In this document: positions 26,243 to 39,541 of the stretch, one piece after another
How the letters are laid out: every line of letters begins with the position of its first letter
Position numbering within the stretch: position 1 is the first letter of the stretch
Assembly (NCBI GenBank): GCA_964016885.1
Contig: OZ024751.1
Coordinates: 124,001 to 188,000 of the forward strand
Source: Eledone cirrhosa
Lineage: Eukaryota
DNA: 64,000 nt
Reading direction: 5' to 3'
Notes under the pieces: generated by a model
What the model was told of the DNA's origin: nothing
Seen by the model: only the letters and a program-made list of their open reading frames with translations
Databases searched by the model: none
Translations under genes and position numbers: made by a program

Positions 26243-26600
26243 GTGGGGTGAGGGGCGAGACCCCCACCCTTCCTCCTACCACACACACGCACATACACCA
26301 GTATATATATATACTCACACATATGTACACACCCTACTACCACCATTCACCCACATCCATATTCGACCACCCCACCACTAATAATAGTAACACCCACCCT
26401 ACCACACACTCACACTAAAAACACGCACACACAAACCAGTATATATACACTCACTCATACACAGTACCCAGCACCTTCTCTCTCTCTCTCTCGCCCCGCC
26501 CCCTCCTCCTCATACTACCAAACCACCTCCACACACCCACATCCTACTAACACCTCCACTAATATATAGCCCCCCCCCCCCCTTATGTGAGTGTGTGTGT

Positions 26601-27562
26601 GTAAAAGGTAAAGAGAAATAACAACACAATCGGTACAGTATATGGAAGGAATATAGTAGGTTAATGCTTGAAATAGCAGGAAGAGGGTCTTTACGTTTTG
26701 GACGCTAGTCCTTCATCTGAAGAAAGAATGAGGAATTATAAAGATTGAAGGGACGGGCAGGGTGGAATTGGAAAAAATGTTTTTAGATAAAAATAACAGG
26801 TCCATTCATGTTGACATCTATTGGAAAACTGTTGATGCTGGCGTTTTGTGTATGATTTATTTTTTTAGAAAAGTAGATGATGGAACGTGTCTACCTGAAA
26901 TGGAAAAAAAACGTTTTGTATAAAGAGCTATACTTGTGTGTGTGTTATACGTCCATACGAAACTAAGAGGATATGTGTGTGTGTGAGTAAAAGAGTGTGC
27001 GTGCTTGTAAGTACAAAGCTATGAGCAAAAGTATGTTAATATAAGGGTGTGTGTTTGTATACAGAGCTGTGAAGGGAAAAGTGGAGTGTGAGTATTTTGT
27101 TGGTCAGTATTAGCTGTTTCTGATCATAAGAGAACCATAGGAATCTAGGGGTGAATGTACAAGCACGTGTGTGATAATGGACGGGGTGTTAAAGAAATTG
27201 GGGAGAGGAGTTGAGTCCATGATGGAAACAGGACCCAAGGCAGTAAATCAGACTCCGTTCAGTCCTGGTGGGCAAGGTCTGTGATCCATGATGTAAAAGG
27301 ACACCCAGAACTGAGACATGTAGGGGAGAATGGAAATAACGGGCAACGGGAGTATCCAAACTGAGTCGTATGTCCCTCAAATGCTCAGTAAAACGGTCCA
27401 CCAAACAGCGTCCTGTTTGTCAAATGTATAAGGACCTGCAAAGGGAACACCAGAGGGCATAGACAATGTGGCTGGAGGTGCAGGTGAAGGAGTGGCAGAT
27501 ACGGAATGACCCATTAGGGCCTGTGAGGGTGGAAATGAAAGGACAAGTGTTGCCGCAAGGAC
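26601..27562 (-). mobile_element. Penelope-like element (Neptune-like), 5'-truncated: GIY-YIG endonuclease plus 3'UTR
   Basis: Minus strand GPNGSFRICHSFTCTSSHIVYALWCSLCRSLYI*QTGRCLVDRFTEHLRDIR...PVARYF...GLN. Confidence 0.85.
26688..26723 (-). ncRNA. Degenerate minimal hammerhead in the PLE 3'UTR
   Basis: TCTT CAGATGA A GGAC tagc GTCC AAAACGTA AAGA; stems intact, two core substitutions. Confidence 0.6.
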
Positions 27563-27602
27563 GATATATATATATATATATGTGTGTGTGTATATATATC
27601 TT

Positions 27603-27812
27603 ATCATCATCACCGTTTTACGTCTGTTCTTCCATGCTAGCAGGGGTTAGACGGGTTGTCCTGTTGTGGGCAGTGTCCGGTTGGCTGACCTTGTCTTGCT
27701 CATACAGGAACTGGTTCTGGCTTGATTTCTACAGCTGGATGCCCTTCCTAACACCAACCTCATTCACAGTGTGGGCTGGATGCTTTTTTGCCATGGCACC
27801 TCCACGACCACT
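27603..27812 (-). mobile_element. RTE subfamily A 3'UTR fragment
   Basis: Reverse complement of ~10125-10375. Confidence 0.8.
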
Positions 27813-28185
27813 ATATGTATATATTAGATGCATCTTCAACTCTGCATTATTTTTCATATATAAATGTATATATATATGTCATATTCATTTTTTTTATTTC
27901 CTTTTCCATATAAAGCGTGAAACTAATAACATTTTGTACCTCTGTTTGTGTATATATATATATATATACACAAAGCAGGGAAAAGCAGACGTATGATGAT
28001 GATGATGATATATATATATATATATACATATAAAACTGCCTTCAGATCAAAACACCAGCTGGTTCAAATATATTTGGCCATGTGGAATAATTCATATAAG
28101 AGTTAATCTCATTAAGGAAATAATTGATAGATGTCGATAGAGGGGTGTTAAGGGGTAGTAGGGTTGGAAGGAGATGGGTTAATTC

Positions 28186-28231
<46 letters not shown>

Positions 28232-28436
28232 GTTAGATGCATCTTCAGCTCTATTATTTTTCGTATGTATATATATATATATAATATAGCTGTCCTCAGA
28301 AACTATCTTTAATTCTATATTATCTCTCCTCTAAAGTTTGTCTATTGTTCTTTCATATGAAGCCACATTAAATATCTCACTTGCGACTGGATTGCTATCT
28401 ACCTAAATGACATCACTCATTATCTTCAGCATTATT

Positions 28437-28997
28437 ATTGCCACCTTTATCATCACTATCATCATCATCATTGCCACCTTTATCATCACTATCATCATCA
28501 TCATTGCCACCTTTATCATCACTATCATCATCATCATTGCCACCTTTATCATCACTATCATCATCATCATTGCCACCTTTATCATCACTATCATCATCAT
28601 CATTGCCACCTTTATCATCACTATCATCATCATCATTGCCACCTTTATCATCACTATCATCATCATCATTGCCACCTTTATCATCACTATCATCATCATC
28701 ATTGCCACCTTTATCATCACTATCATCATCATCATTGCCACCTTTATCATCACTATCATCATCATCATTGCCACCTTTATCATCACTATCATCATCATCA
28801 TTGCCACCTTTATCATCACTATCATCATCATCATTGCCACCTTTATCATCACTATCATCATCATCATTGCCACCTTTATCATCACTATCATCATCATCAT
28901 TGCCACCTTTATCATCACTATCATCATCATCATTGCCACCTTTATCATCACTATCATCATCATCATTGCCACCTTTATCATCACTATCATCATCATC
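28437..28997. repeat. 33-bp minisatellite, about 17 near-identical copies
   Basis: ATTGCCACCTTTATCATCACTATCATCATCATC. Confidence 0.97.
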
Positions 28998-29117
28998 TTT
29001 ACCATTATCATATCATCATTATCGCCGTTCTCATCATCATCACCTTTATCATCGCTATCACCATCATCACGCTCATCACCACCACCAGCATTACTATCAA
29101 TGCTTTCACCAACTACA

Positions 29118-29897
29118 ACACCAATCCATATTACAACACTGCCACCACCACCAATCCATATTACAACACTGCCACCACCACCAATCCATATTACAACACT
29201 GCCACCACCACCAATCCATATTACAACACTGCCACCACCACCAATCTATATTACAACACTGCCACCACCACCACCACCACCAATCCATATTACAACACTG
29301 CCACCACCACCACCAATCCATATTACAACACTGCCACCACCACCAATCCATATTACAACACTGCCACCACCACCACCAATCTATATTACAACACTGCCAC
29401 CACCACCACCACCAATCCATATTACAACACTGCCACCACCACCACCAATCTATATTACAACACTGCCACCACCACCACCACCAATCCATATTACAACACT
29501 GCCACCACCACCACCACCAATCTATATTACAACACCGCCACCAATCTATATTACAACACTGCCACCACCACCACCAATCCATATTACAACACTGCCACCA
29601 CCACCAATCTATATTACAACACTGCCACCACCACCACCACCACCAATCCATATTACAACACTGCCACCACCACCACCAATCTATATTACAACACTGCCAC
29701 CACCACCAATCTATATTACAACACTGCCACCACCACCACCACCAATCCATATTCCAACACCACCACCACCAATCTATATTTCAACACTGCCACCACCACC
29801 AATCTATATAACAACACTGCCGCCACCAATCTATATTACAACACTGCCACCACCACCACCAATCTATATTACAACACTGCCACCACCACCACCAATT
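29118..29897. repeat. Minisatellite CCAATCYATATTACAACACTG-(CCA)n, mostly 27-39 bp units
   Basis: Direct inspection. Confidence 0.95.
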
Positions 29898-30145
29898 ATA
29901 ACAAAACTGGTAGTGATGGTGTTGAGATGATGGTTGTGTTACTCTAGGTTGTATTACATATAGTTTGTGTTTTATCAAACCTCTTATATGATGTTAATAG
30001 CCACATGTTAAACCAATATATGTAACAGTACTGAGCAGTGGGGTGTTAGAACAATTGATGGAATAGTACTGAGCAGTGGGATGTTAGAACGATTGATGAA
30101 ACACCTCAGATTACTATATATGTACTAATAGTAATTAGCAGAGGC

Positions 30146-30958
30146 AAAAAGCACTTAGTCCACACTGTAAAGTGGTCGTGTAGGTGTCACGATAAAAATT
30201 ACCCAGTCCACACTGTAAAGTAGTCGTGTAGGTGTCACGATAAAAATTACCCAGTCCACACTGTAAAATGGTCATGTAGGTGTCACGATAAAAATTACCC
30301 AGTCCACACTGTAAAATGGTCATGTAGATGTCACGATAAAAAGTACCCAGTCCATACTGTAAAGTGGTCATGTAGATGTCACGATAAAAATTACCCAGTC
30401 CACACTGTAAAGTGGTCATGTAGGTGTCACGATAAAAAGTACCCAGTCCACACTGTAAAGTGGTCATGTAGGTGTCACAATAAAAAGTACCCAGTCCACA
30501 CTGTAAAGTGGTCGTGTAGGTGTCACGATAAAAAGTACCCAGTCCACACTGTAAAGTGGTCATGTAGGTGTCACGATAAAAAGTACCCAGTCCACACTGT
30601 AAAGTGGTCGTGTAGGTGTCACGATAAAAAGTACCCAGTCCACACTGTAAAGTGGTCGTGTAGGTGTAACGATAAAAAGTACCCAGTCCACACTGTAAAG
30701 TGGTCGTGTAGGTGTAACGATAAAAAGTACCCAGTCCACACTGTAAAGTGGTCATGTAGGTGTCACGATAAAAAGTACCCAGTCCACACTGTAAAGTGGT
30801 CATGTAGGAGTCATGCAAAAAGCACCTAGTCCACACTCAAACCAGAATCAGTTCTGTACAAGCAAGACAGTCACGTGATCTGATCTGGCTTGTTTCACAA
30901 TGGGACAGCTCGTCTAGCCCATGTTAGCATGAAAAAATGGACATTGATGATGATGATG
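30146..30958 (+). repeat. 48-bp minisatellite (~14 copies) derived from the RTE 3'UTR, ending in an RTE-type tail
   Basis: AAAAAGTACCCAGTCCACACTGTAAAGTGGTCGTGTAGGTGTCACGAT resembles 10145-10192; tail ~30840-30958. Confidence 0.9.
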
Positions 30959-32297
30959 TAGCAGTTATATTGACTGCCAACCTCCCTAGTGTGTGTTGCT
31001 ATTTCTTTGACTGCCAAACCAAACTACATGATATGTGTTGTATTGAGTGGGCAGATGGATATCAAAAGATCCATTGTTCAATCCTCATCGGAACCTATTG
31101 TTAACTATTTTCTCTTCTTCAACCATTGTTTATATGAATGTTTAACATTGTTTGCATGCAAGCACATATGCACATGTGTATTATCTCAGTGGTACATTTT
31201 CTAAAAAGGTGATGAATTGGTAAGATTTATGAGAGCAAAGGAGAAAACCTTGGAATATATTTGCTAACTCTCATTATTCTGAGTTCAGTTCCTGAGTCGT
31301 CAATAAATTAATTACCATTGTAAGTCTAACTAGGGCAGCAGGTTTTAGGGATTTATTAGAGCATCAGGTGGGATATCTTGCAGTATTTGTTCTAGCTCTG
31401 GATGTTCTGGGTTAACATCCCAACCCCTGTCACAGAAAAAATGATGACATAGTTAGACTGAAGGGGACCCCCCCCCCCCCTCCAAAAAAAAACCTGCCTA
31501 TCAGATTGTGTCTCAGAAGTTCTGTGAAGCTTATGCAGGTATAAGCTGTGTGTAACCAGGGCCTCCAAGAGAAATTTTGCAAGGCTAAGACCCCTTTGGG
31601 GCCCGACGCAAGCAAAGATTTTTCTCAAAATGGATGTTGCATAGTTGCTGTGGGGCCTTCTTAGCTCTTGGGCCCTGGAACATCACAATACCTCATACCA
31701 CTCCAATATACAAGCCTTTTTTCCTATATAAGTTTCCTTTTAGAATTAAAATGTAAAGAACTCAATGTGGTCTTTTTCATATTTAAAAACATCTATTAGA
31801 ATTCTATATCTGAACATTTAAATTAAATTTCAAACACCAGGCAAAGTTAGTTGTATTACTAAATCCCTTCAAATCCTTGATTATTTTCAAAATGATTTTA
31901 ATGATCATCGGCAATAAAGAAGACCTCCTCAAACTGGAAGACCTGGTCTGAGTGTTTGTGACAGGGGACCCCAATAAAGATTCCCAAGAGCCATATAGTA
32001 GTGTTAAATGGACAACACAAATTAAATCTACCAAAGTCAGTCTATTGTTCCTTCATATGAAGGTACAAGCCATATTAAATATCTCTCTTTCTGCTAAGTT
32101 GCTATCTACCGAAATGACATCACCATCAATACCATCATCACGTACACAAGGAAGCCATAGTGGCAGTTAAACTCAGAATGTAGAGGACTGGAGAAGAGAG
32201 AAGACATCTAACAATTTCTGCCTACCCACCATCCTGGGCTGGTATTTTTATTTCATTCACACTAACCCCACCCCTGAAGATATAAAAGGCTAATTTT

Positions 32298-32562
32298 TGG
32301 TCATCATCCATGTGTATCACATGGTATGGCCATGTGATGCACATGGATGATGGCTGCTGGGTATTAGAAGTGCTAAGTAATCCTAGTGGTAGGAAGATGC
32401 AGTAGAGGAAGACCATGGGCGGAGGTGGTGAGAGCTGACCTCAGATTGTTGAAGCTCACAGAGGCAATGACGAAGGACTCTGACAAATGGAGAGATGCTG
32501 TGTTAAAGAGGGCCCATCCCACCCTTGCAAGCAGGGAAAAGGGGACATAAAATGATGATGAT
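32298..32562 (+). mobile_element. RTE 3' fragment with short 5' fold-back
   Basis: catcatccatgtgtatcacatgg / ccatgtgatgcacatggatgatg hairpin, then RTE subfamily B 3' end. Confidence 0.75.
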
Positions 32563-33222
32563 AATTACTCTGGCAGGATTTGAACTCAGAGAGTTGAGTT
32601 GGAACAAATACTGCTCTAACATCTTTGCCAGAAATCAATATATATTTTGCTATCCCCATAATTAAAGTGTTCAGATATTGGTATGAACCACTTCATGTGA
32701 TGTATCGCCAAGTTCAATAATTTTAACAGTTAATTAGTCTAAGACATTCTAGTTTCTAAAGGTCACACTTTTCACAAGTGAGAAAAAAATGTGTATGTTA
32801 TATATATACATGTTTGTGGGTGTGTGGATGTTTATATATTTATTTACATTTGTATTTATTTAACGTTTGGTCTCTGCCATTGATAAGAAATGTGAAATGT
32901 CAATATTACTAAACTGAAAGAGGAAAAAAAATAAATATGTAGATGCTTCTTGGAGTCCCGAGGGGCTCTCAAAGTATAGTGCCATGGTGTTAAATGAATG
33001 AGAGATAAATTGCTGCTTCTTTGACAATATGTCAGTTTATCTGGTAACATTTCCAAGAAGAACTACAAATTTTCTCATCAGATATGTCTGCTGACACATA
33101 AAAATTAAATTCTCCTGCTGCTGCCCAAATATATAACAGAATGTCATAATGAGGTTCATCATACTTGCCATTTTACATTTGTATGAATTGATAAGGTTGT
33201 CATGGTTAGAGATAAAGTGGGT

Positions 33223-34400
33223 CATCATCATCACTGTTTAATGTCCACTCTGGCATGGGTTAGACATGTTGTCCTGTTGTGAGCAATGCCAGCTCAAGTG
33301 ACCATGTCATGTTCATACAGAACTGATTCTACAGCTACACGACCACCTTACAGTGTGGACTGGGTACTTTTTGTTGTGACACCTACACAGCTACTTTACA
33401 GTGTGGACTGGGTACTTTTTGTTGTGACACCTACACGACCACCTTACAGTGTGGACTGGGTACTTTTTGTTGTGACACTTACACAGCTACTTTACAGTGT
33501 GGACTGGGTGCTTTTTGTTGTGACACCTACACAACTACTTTACAGTGTGGACTGGGTACTTTTTGTTGTGACACCTACACAGCTACTTTACTATGGACTG
33601 GGTACTTTTTGTCATGACACCTATAATGCCACTTTACAGTGTGGACTGGGTACTTTTTGTCATGACACCTACACAACTACTTTACAGTGTGGACTGGGTA
33701 CTTTTTGTTGTGACACCTACACAGCTACTTTACTGTGGACTGGGTACTTTTTGTCATGACACCTATAATGCCACTTTACAGTGTGGACTGGGTACTTTTT
33801 GTTGTGACACCTACACAACTACTTTACAGTGTGGACTGGGTACTTTTTGTTGTGACACCTACACAGCTACTTTACTGTGGACTGGGTACTTTTTGTCATG
33901 ACACCTATAATGCCACTTTACAGTGTGGACTGGGTACTTTTTGTTGTGACACCTACACAACTACTTTACAGTGTGGACTGGGTACTTTTTGTTGTGACAC
34001 CTACACAGCTACTTTACTATGGACTGGGTACTTTTTGTTGTGACACCTATAATGCCACTTTACAGTGTGGACTGGGTGCTTTGTGTTGTGATACCTACAC
34101 AGCTACTTTACTGTGGACTGGGTACTTTTTGTTGTGACACCTACACAGCTACTTTACAGTGTGGACTGGGTACTTTTTGTTGTGACACCTACACAGCTAC
34201 TTTACAGTGTAGACTGGGTACTTTTTGTCATGACACCTATACGGCCACTTTACAGTGTGGACTGGGTACTTTTTTGCTCTGTCACAATGACAACCACTTT
34301 ACAGAGTGGACTTGAGGCTTCATAGAAAACCACATCCTGTTCATCTCGTATGTTGTTGGCCTTTTCAGCATTGTTTCTTCAGCTGGATGCCCTTCTTAAT
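33223..34400 (-). repeat. Same 48-bp minisatellite (~20 copies), opposite strand, with a 142-bp higher-order unit
   Basis: Repetitive ORFs start at 33593, 33735, 33877 and 34019 (48+48+46). Confidence 0.9.
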
Positions 34401-34799
34401 GCCAACTTTTTTTTCCTGTGTACTGGATGTATATTATCATGGCATCAATATTTACCAACTGTGGATTTGAAATACAACACCTTTATCTACTCAGCATGTA
34501 TCACTTTCACCACACACACACTCTCACACTCTCTCACTCACACACTCACACATGTACACACATACCACCCATCCCACACATATATAAAGACATGCACATA
34601 TACCACTCAGCTCCACCACACATATACCACCCAGCTCCACCACACATATACCACCCATCCCCACATATACAGATATTCACACATACTGCCCAGCCCCACT
34701 ACACACATATATATACATGTACACACACCACCCAGCCTGCCAGTCCCCACACATACCTCTCATCCCGACCACACACACACACATACATACACATATATA

Positions 34800-34940
34800 A
34801 CAGGATTTCACACAGTTTCTGTCTACTAATTTCAATCACAAGAGATTGATCAACATAAGAAGGCACTTGCCCAAGGTGCTACAGGCTGTGATTAAACTGA
34901 AACATCTTGGTTGTGAAGCAAACTTTTTAACCACACAGAC
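34800..34940 (-). mobile_element. CORE-like tRNA SINE
   Basis: cacttgcccaaggtgc CORE-like motif and degenerate tRNA head. Confidence 0.55.
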
Positions 34941-35379
34941 CTTCTTATAGACAAATAATCCAGTGGAACAGGATTTCTGCTAGATTCTTCATTAACCATT
35001 GATAATAATCCTTGTAATATCTACTTATATATACCTACTATCTTGCTTAGTATTTGCTCTGTGTTGTATTCCTCTCGGTACTCGCAGAGAAAACACGAGT
35101 TATATCAAATAATTTGTGTATTGTACGAAACAACCAAAACACCCCTCCTCACAGTAGCAGAATAACATAAAGTAAGGGGCAGCAGCAGTCTGTGACCGAG
35201 TTTTTAATACCAACGCTGACTGACTGCCCAGGTCACGTGATTCATATGCAAATGTGTGAGCACGTGTAAATTGAAAAAAACGAATTTAACAGTCCATACA
35301 ACAATGAGGTTGTGAGTTCGATTCCCAGTCCATACAACACTCTGGGATTTATTAATCTTTTGTAATACCTTGTTATGAT

Positions 35380-35698
35380 GCATAGCTTAGTGGTTAGTGT
35401 CAGGCTTACAATCGTGAGGTTGTGAGTTTGATTCTCAGACCAGGCTTTGCATTTTGTTGTTTATTTCACGTTGCTCCAGTTCACTCAGCTGTAGAAATGA
35501 GTTATGACATCACTGGTACCAAGCTGTATCGGCTTTGCCTTTTCTTTCGACAACATCGGTGGTGTGGAGAGGGTAAGCTAGTATACATGGGTGACTACTG
35601 GTCTTCCACGAACAACCTTGCCTGGACTTGTGCTTCAGAGGGGAACTTTCTAGGTTCAAATCCCATGGTCATTCGGGACCAAAGGGGTCTTTACCTTT
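35380..35698 (+). mobile_element. tRNA-derived SINE
   Basis: A box (tagcttagtggttag), B-box-like gagtttgattc, gttgctccagttcactcagctg core. Confidence 0.65.
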
Positions 35699-35845
35699 GT
35701 AATACTTTAATATAAGGTGGTGAATTCACAGTCATTAAAACATTGGATAGAATACTTTGTGGTATTTGTTCCAACTCTGTGCTCTGAGTTTAAAACATGC
35801 ATTTCATTCTTTCGAGATTGATTTTTAAATTATCAGCCTAGTACT

Positions 35846-38043
35846 GAGTGCTGGGTGCTTTTTCGTGGCGCTTACACGTCCACTTTACAGTGTGGGCTGG
35901 GTGCTTTTTTGTCGTGACACCTCCACGACCACTTTGCAGTGGGAGGGTGTGGGGGCATATTGTCTATATGCTTCAGCTTCGGCTTGTACCCATGGGGGGG
36001 TCGGGTCTTCTGTATGTGACACCAGAGGTCACAGTCGTGTGTCATCACCTTTGAGAGGTGCATTTGGATAAGGTCGGCTTTTATCACCTCATCCCAGGTC
36101 TTCTTCGGTCTCCCCACTCCGCGGTTTCCATTGACTTCTAGTGCTCTGCACCTTTTTATGCAGCTGTCATCCTTCATATGCATCACATGTCCATACCAAC
36201 GCAACCGCCTCTCCTGCACACAGCATTTGATGCTCAGTCTCTCTCTCAATTCGTTTATGCTTTGCCGTTCGCGTATATAACTATTACACATCCATCGGAG
36301 CATGCAGGCTTCATTTCTTTCTAATCTACGTAAGTCTTCCACAGACAGCGCCCAGGTCTCACTACCATGTAACATTGCTGTTCGTAAACATGCATCATAC
36401 AGTCTGCCTTTCATTTTGAGGGAAAAGCCTTTTGCAGCTAGCAGTGGCAGTAGCTCCATGAACTTCTTCCATCCCATTCTTACCCTAGTTATTGTACTTT
36501 CCGAACACCCACCTCCACTGCTAATTCGGTCACCTAGGTAGCAGAAGCTGTCTACTGTTTCTACAGAGCCCTCCCAGAGTTTGGTGGTACTTATTTCCTG
36601 TGGCTGTTTGCTGCTTGCTGTCCCAGCACAGCTGCTACATGTGAAGCCTACATTCTTAGTTAAGCTTCCTGAGATCCCACTACATCTCTTGTGTACCCAT
36701 TGTTTGCATTTGGGGCAGAGAATCGAGTTCCTACCTACACCTTTCCTACATATTGAGCAAGGCCCTTTCCCTGGGGGGATCTGGGTTCTGTTTTCTCATC
36801 TACTTACAAGGACCTTAGTCTTTGTCAGGTTGACTTTGAGACCCTTTCTTTCTAGTCCCTGCTTCCAAGTTTGGAATTTCTTCTCTAGTTCTACCATAGA
36901 TTCAGCTATAAGTGCGAGGTCATCTGCATACAGGAGTTCCCATGGGCATCCGGTCTTAAACTCCTCCGTTATTGCCTGCAGAACTATGGTGAACAGGAGA
37001 GGGCTAAGAACAGAGCCCTGGTGGACACTGACCTGTATGCTAAATTCTTCGCTATAGTCATTGCTAATCCTAACTATGCTGACTGCTCCCCTATACATGG
37101 CTTGTACAGCTTTCACAAGCCATTCATCTATGCCTAGTTTTCTAAGAGCCCACCAGATTATAGCATGGAGGACTCAGTCGAAGGCTTTTTCCAGATCAAC
37201 AAATGCCAGGTAGAGCGGCTTACTTTTAGCTAGGTACTTTTCCTGTAACTGCCTCACAAGGAAGAGGGCATCAGTGGTGCCTTTTCCTGGTACAAACCCA
37301 AATTGCATCTCATCTACTTTCACCTGGTCCCTAATCAACTGTGCTATAACTCTTTCCGTTACTTTCATGACCTGGTCCATCAGCTTTATACCTCTATAGT
37401 TTCCTCTATCTAGTGCATCACCTTTACCCTTGTAGCAGTTGACAATGCTGCTGCTGCACCAATCCTTTGGTATGACACCCTCTAGTATTACCTGGTTAAC
37501 AATATGGGTGGTTATGGTGTGACCTACCGAACCGGATGCCTTCAACATCTCGGCAGCTATACCCGATGGACCGATTGACTTCCCCATCTTCATATCTTTG
37601 ATTGCCTTACTTACTAAGCTGCTGCTGACTTGTACAGTTGGCCCCTCTATAGGGTCTACTTGGGGTAGGGTCTCTTCTTCCCATGCATTCTCCTCATTTA
37701 GTAATCTATCATAATGGCTCTTCCATGCATCTTTCTTCTCAGCACTTGTGAGGGCAAGCTCACCTTTATCATTCCAGATACACTTCTCTCCAATGACATC
37801 ACAATTCTCTCTGACACACTGCTTTGCAATCTTGAACACCTCCTGTTTCTGGTCCTCACATTGCAAAACATGCTTGAATTTTCTATCCTCTGCTTCCCTC
37901 CTAGCTAAGTATACTTGTCGCCTAGCTTCCCTCCTGGTCTCTATGTAATGTACCCTGCTTCCCCCGTTCTTCCATTCTTTCCATGCCTGTCTCTTGGCCT
38001 TAACTGCCTCATCTACCTTATTGTTCCACCACCAAGTCACTCA
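35846..38043 (-). mobile_element. RTE LINE (subfamily A), truncated at both ends, frameshifted
   Basis: High similarity to ~8011-10210. Confidence 0.95.
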
Positions 38044-38083
<40 letters not shown>

Positions 38084-38174
38084 CGAAGGAAATGTGGTAA
38101 GGAACCAGGTGGACCATAACGCACCAAAGTACTCAATACTTGAGGTAGTAGAGTGGGTAATAGGAACCAGTAAG

Positions 38175-38268
38175 ACCCCGACAGCTGAGCTCAAGCCGTT
38201 TCGACGGCTAATTCTGGACTAAATGAAAATTTATCCTGGTATTTAAATAGCCGATCTTCTCAAGGGGT
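38175..38268 (-). ncRNA. Type I hammerhead, U3-A8 core variant (left arm)
   Basis: Mirror copy of 42023-42116. Confidence 0.8.
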
Positions 38269-39541
38269 AATTCCATATATGGTCAAAGTGATTGTCAAAA
38301 ATCAGTAGTAATTCTGTGGTTGCAAATTAGTAGGGGAGATGGTGGCTAAACCTGCCAGTAGGACAAAGAGGGGAGGGGGTGGAGTAGACCCAATCAAGCG
38401 TTGGTAGTGCCAGCTACAGCTGGGCATGAGGTCAAAGAAGATACAGGGGAGGGGGGGGGGGAGTCGGAACGGTAGGTCGAACAATGGGGGGTAGAAATAT
38501 ATAGGAAGGAAAAATACTGAGAGTGAAGAAAAGCAAATAAGTGTAAAGAAAAAAGTAAAGTAAATTAAATTCTACGACCTAGGTCTCAGGCTATTGTTAG
38601 GCTAGAATAAAATAAAGAAAGAAAGAAAGAAGTAAAGAAATAAATAAATAAAGAAATAACGAAATAAGTAAAAGAACTAGGTGGGACGGAATAGGCAAGG
38701 ACCCTTTTAAGGGGTATAAGTACGTAAATGATACGGTGACGGGTCAACAAAAGGGGCCAAAATACTAAAGAGACTACCACGAAATAAACAATAAAGGTTT
38801 CCATCCCGGGCCAGCAACGACCCAGTGCAGCAAAGTGAACTTGTACGAGATAATAATTCTGAGTCCCGAGAAAAATATATACTAATGCTAACTCTAAAAG
38901 ATCTAAAACAAGCTACATGAAAGTTCGTACGAAATAAAGGTAGAATACGGAGAAATAAATTCAGAATCCACCCCGCCCAGAAGAAAAGCGAAGCAAGAAA
39001 TACTGAAACGAAAAATACAATCCACCACCGAATGCAGGAAACATATCAGTGAGTTTGGCTATTAGGAATAATCCTATAAGGTCTGTGACATCCGCCGAGT
39101 CCGTGGCGCCCATGCTGACGTCGAAGGGTGAGTTGGGAGCTCTTTTTATCCATTTAGAGTCGTCAAAGAGTAAGACTGTCTTCCTGGCGTGGAGGATGAT
39201 TTTTCTTTCCTGGTCGGTGATGGGCACAAGTGTTTCGGCGAAGTCCAAGGCGGCAGTAAGTAGCGGTAAGGTGATTGAAGCATAGTAGCTCTCTATGTCG
39301 AACTGTATGAATTTAGTTTCTCGTTTATCCTCCATATTGCTGAACCAAGAGATTACTTCCTGGGTGTTGATCCATAGGCTAAGTCGGGTGTGTTGCTTGA
39401 CTTTTGGTATCACGCGGTCTAGGATTTTTTTGCTGATTCTCCCTATGTCGGACTTCGTTGGGTTAATAAGCCTGATAGAGGGTTTACGGTCAAAATCGGA
39501 TTTATGGTCCTTCAGTGTGAAGTATGGTGTCCGTGGGTCTA

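Noticed and set aside
28407-29930. Extensin- or mucin-like 507-aa ORF
   Set aside because: Codon-multiple minisatellites open in several frames on both strands; no unique domain
39010-39020. Spliced-out intron explaining the left-arm deletion
   Set aside because: The missing segment has no AG acceptor at its end; TA microhomology fits a deletion better
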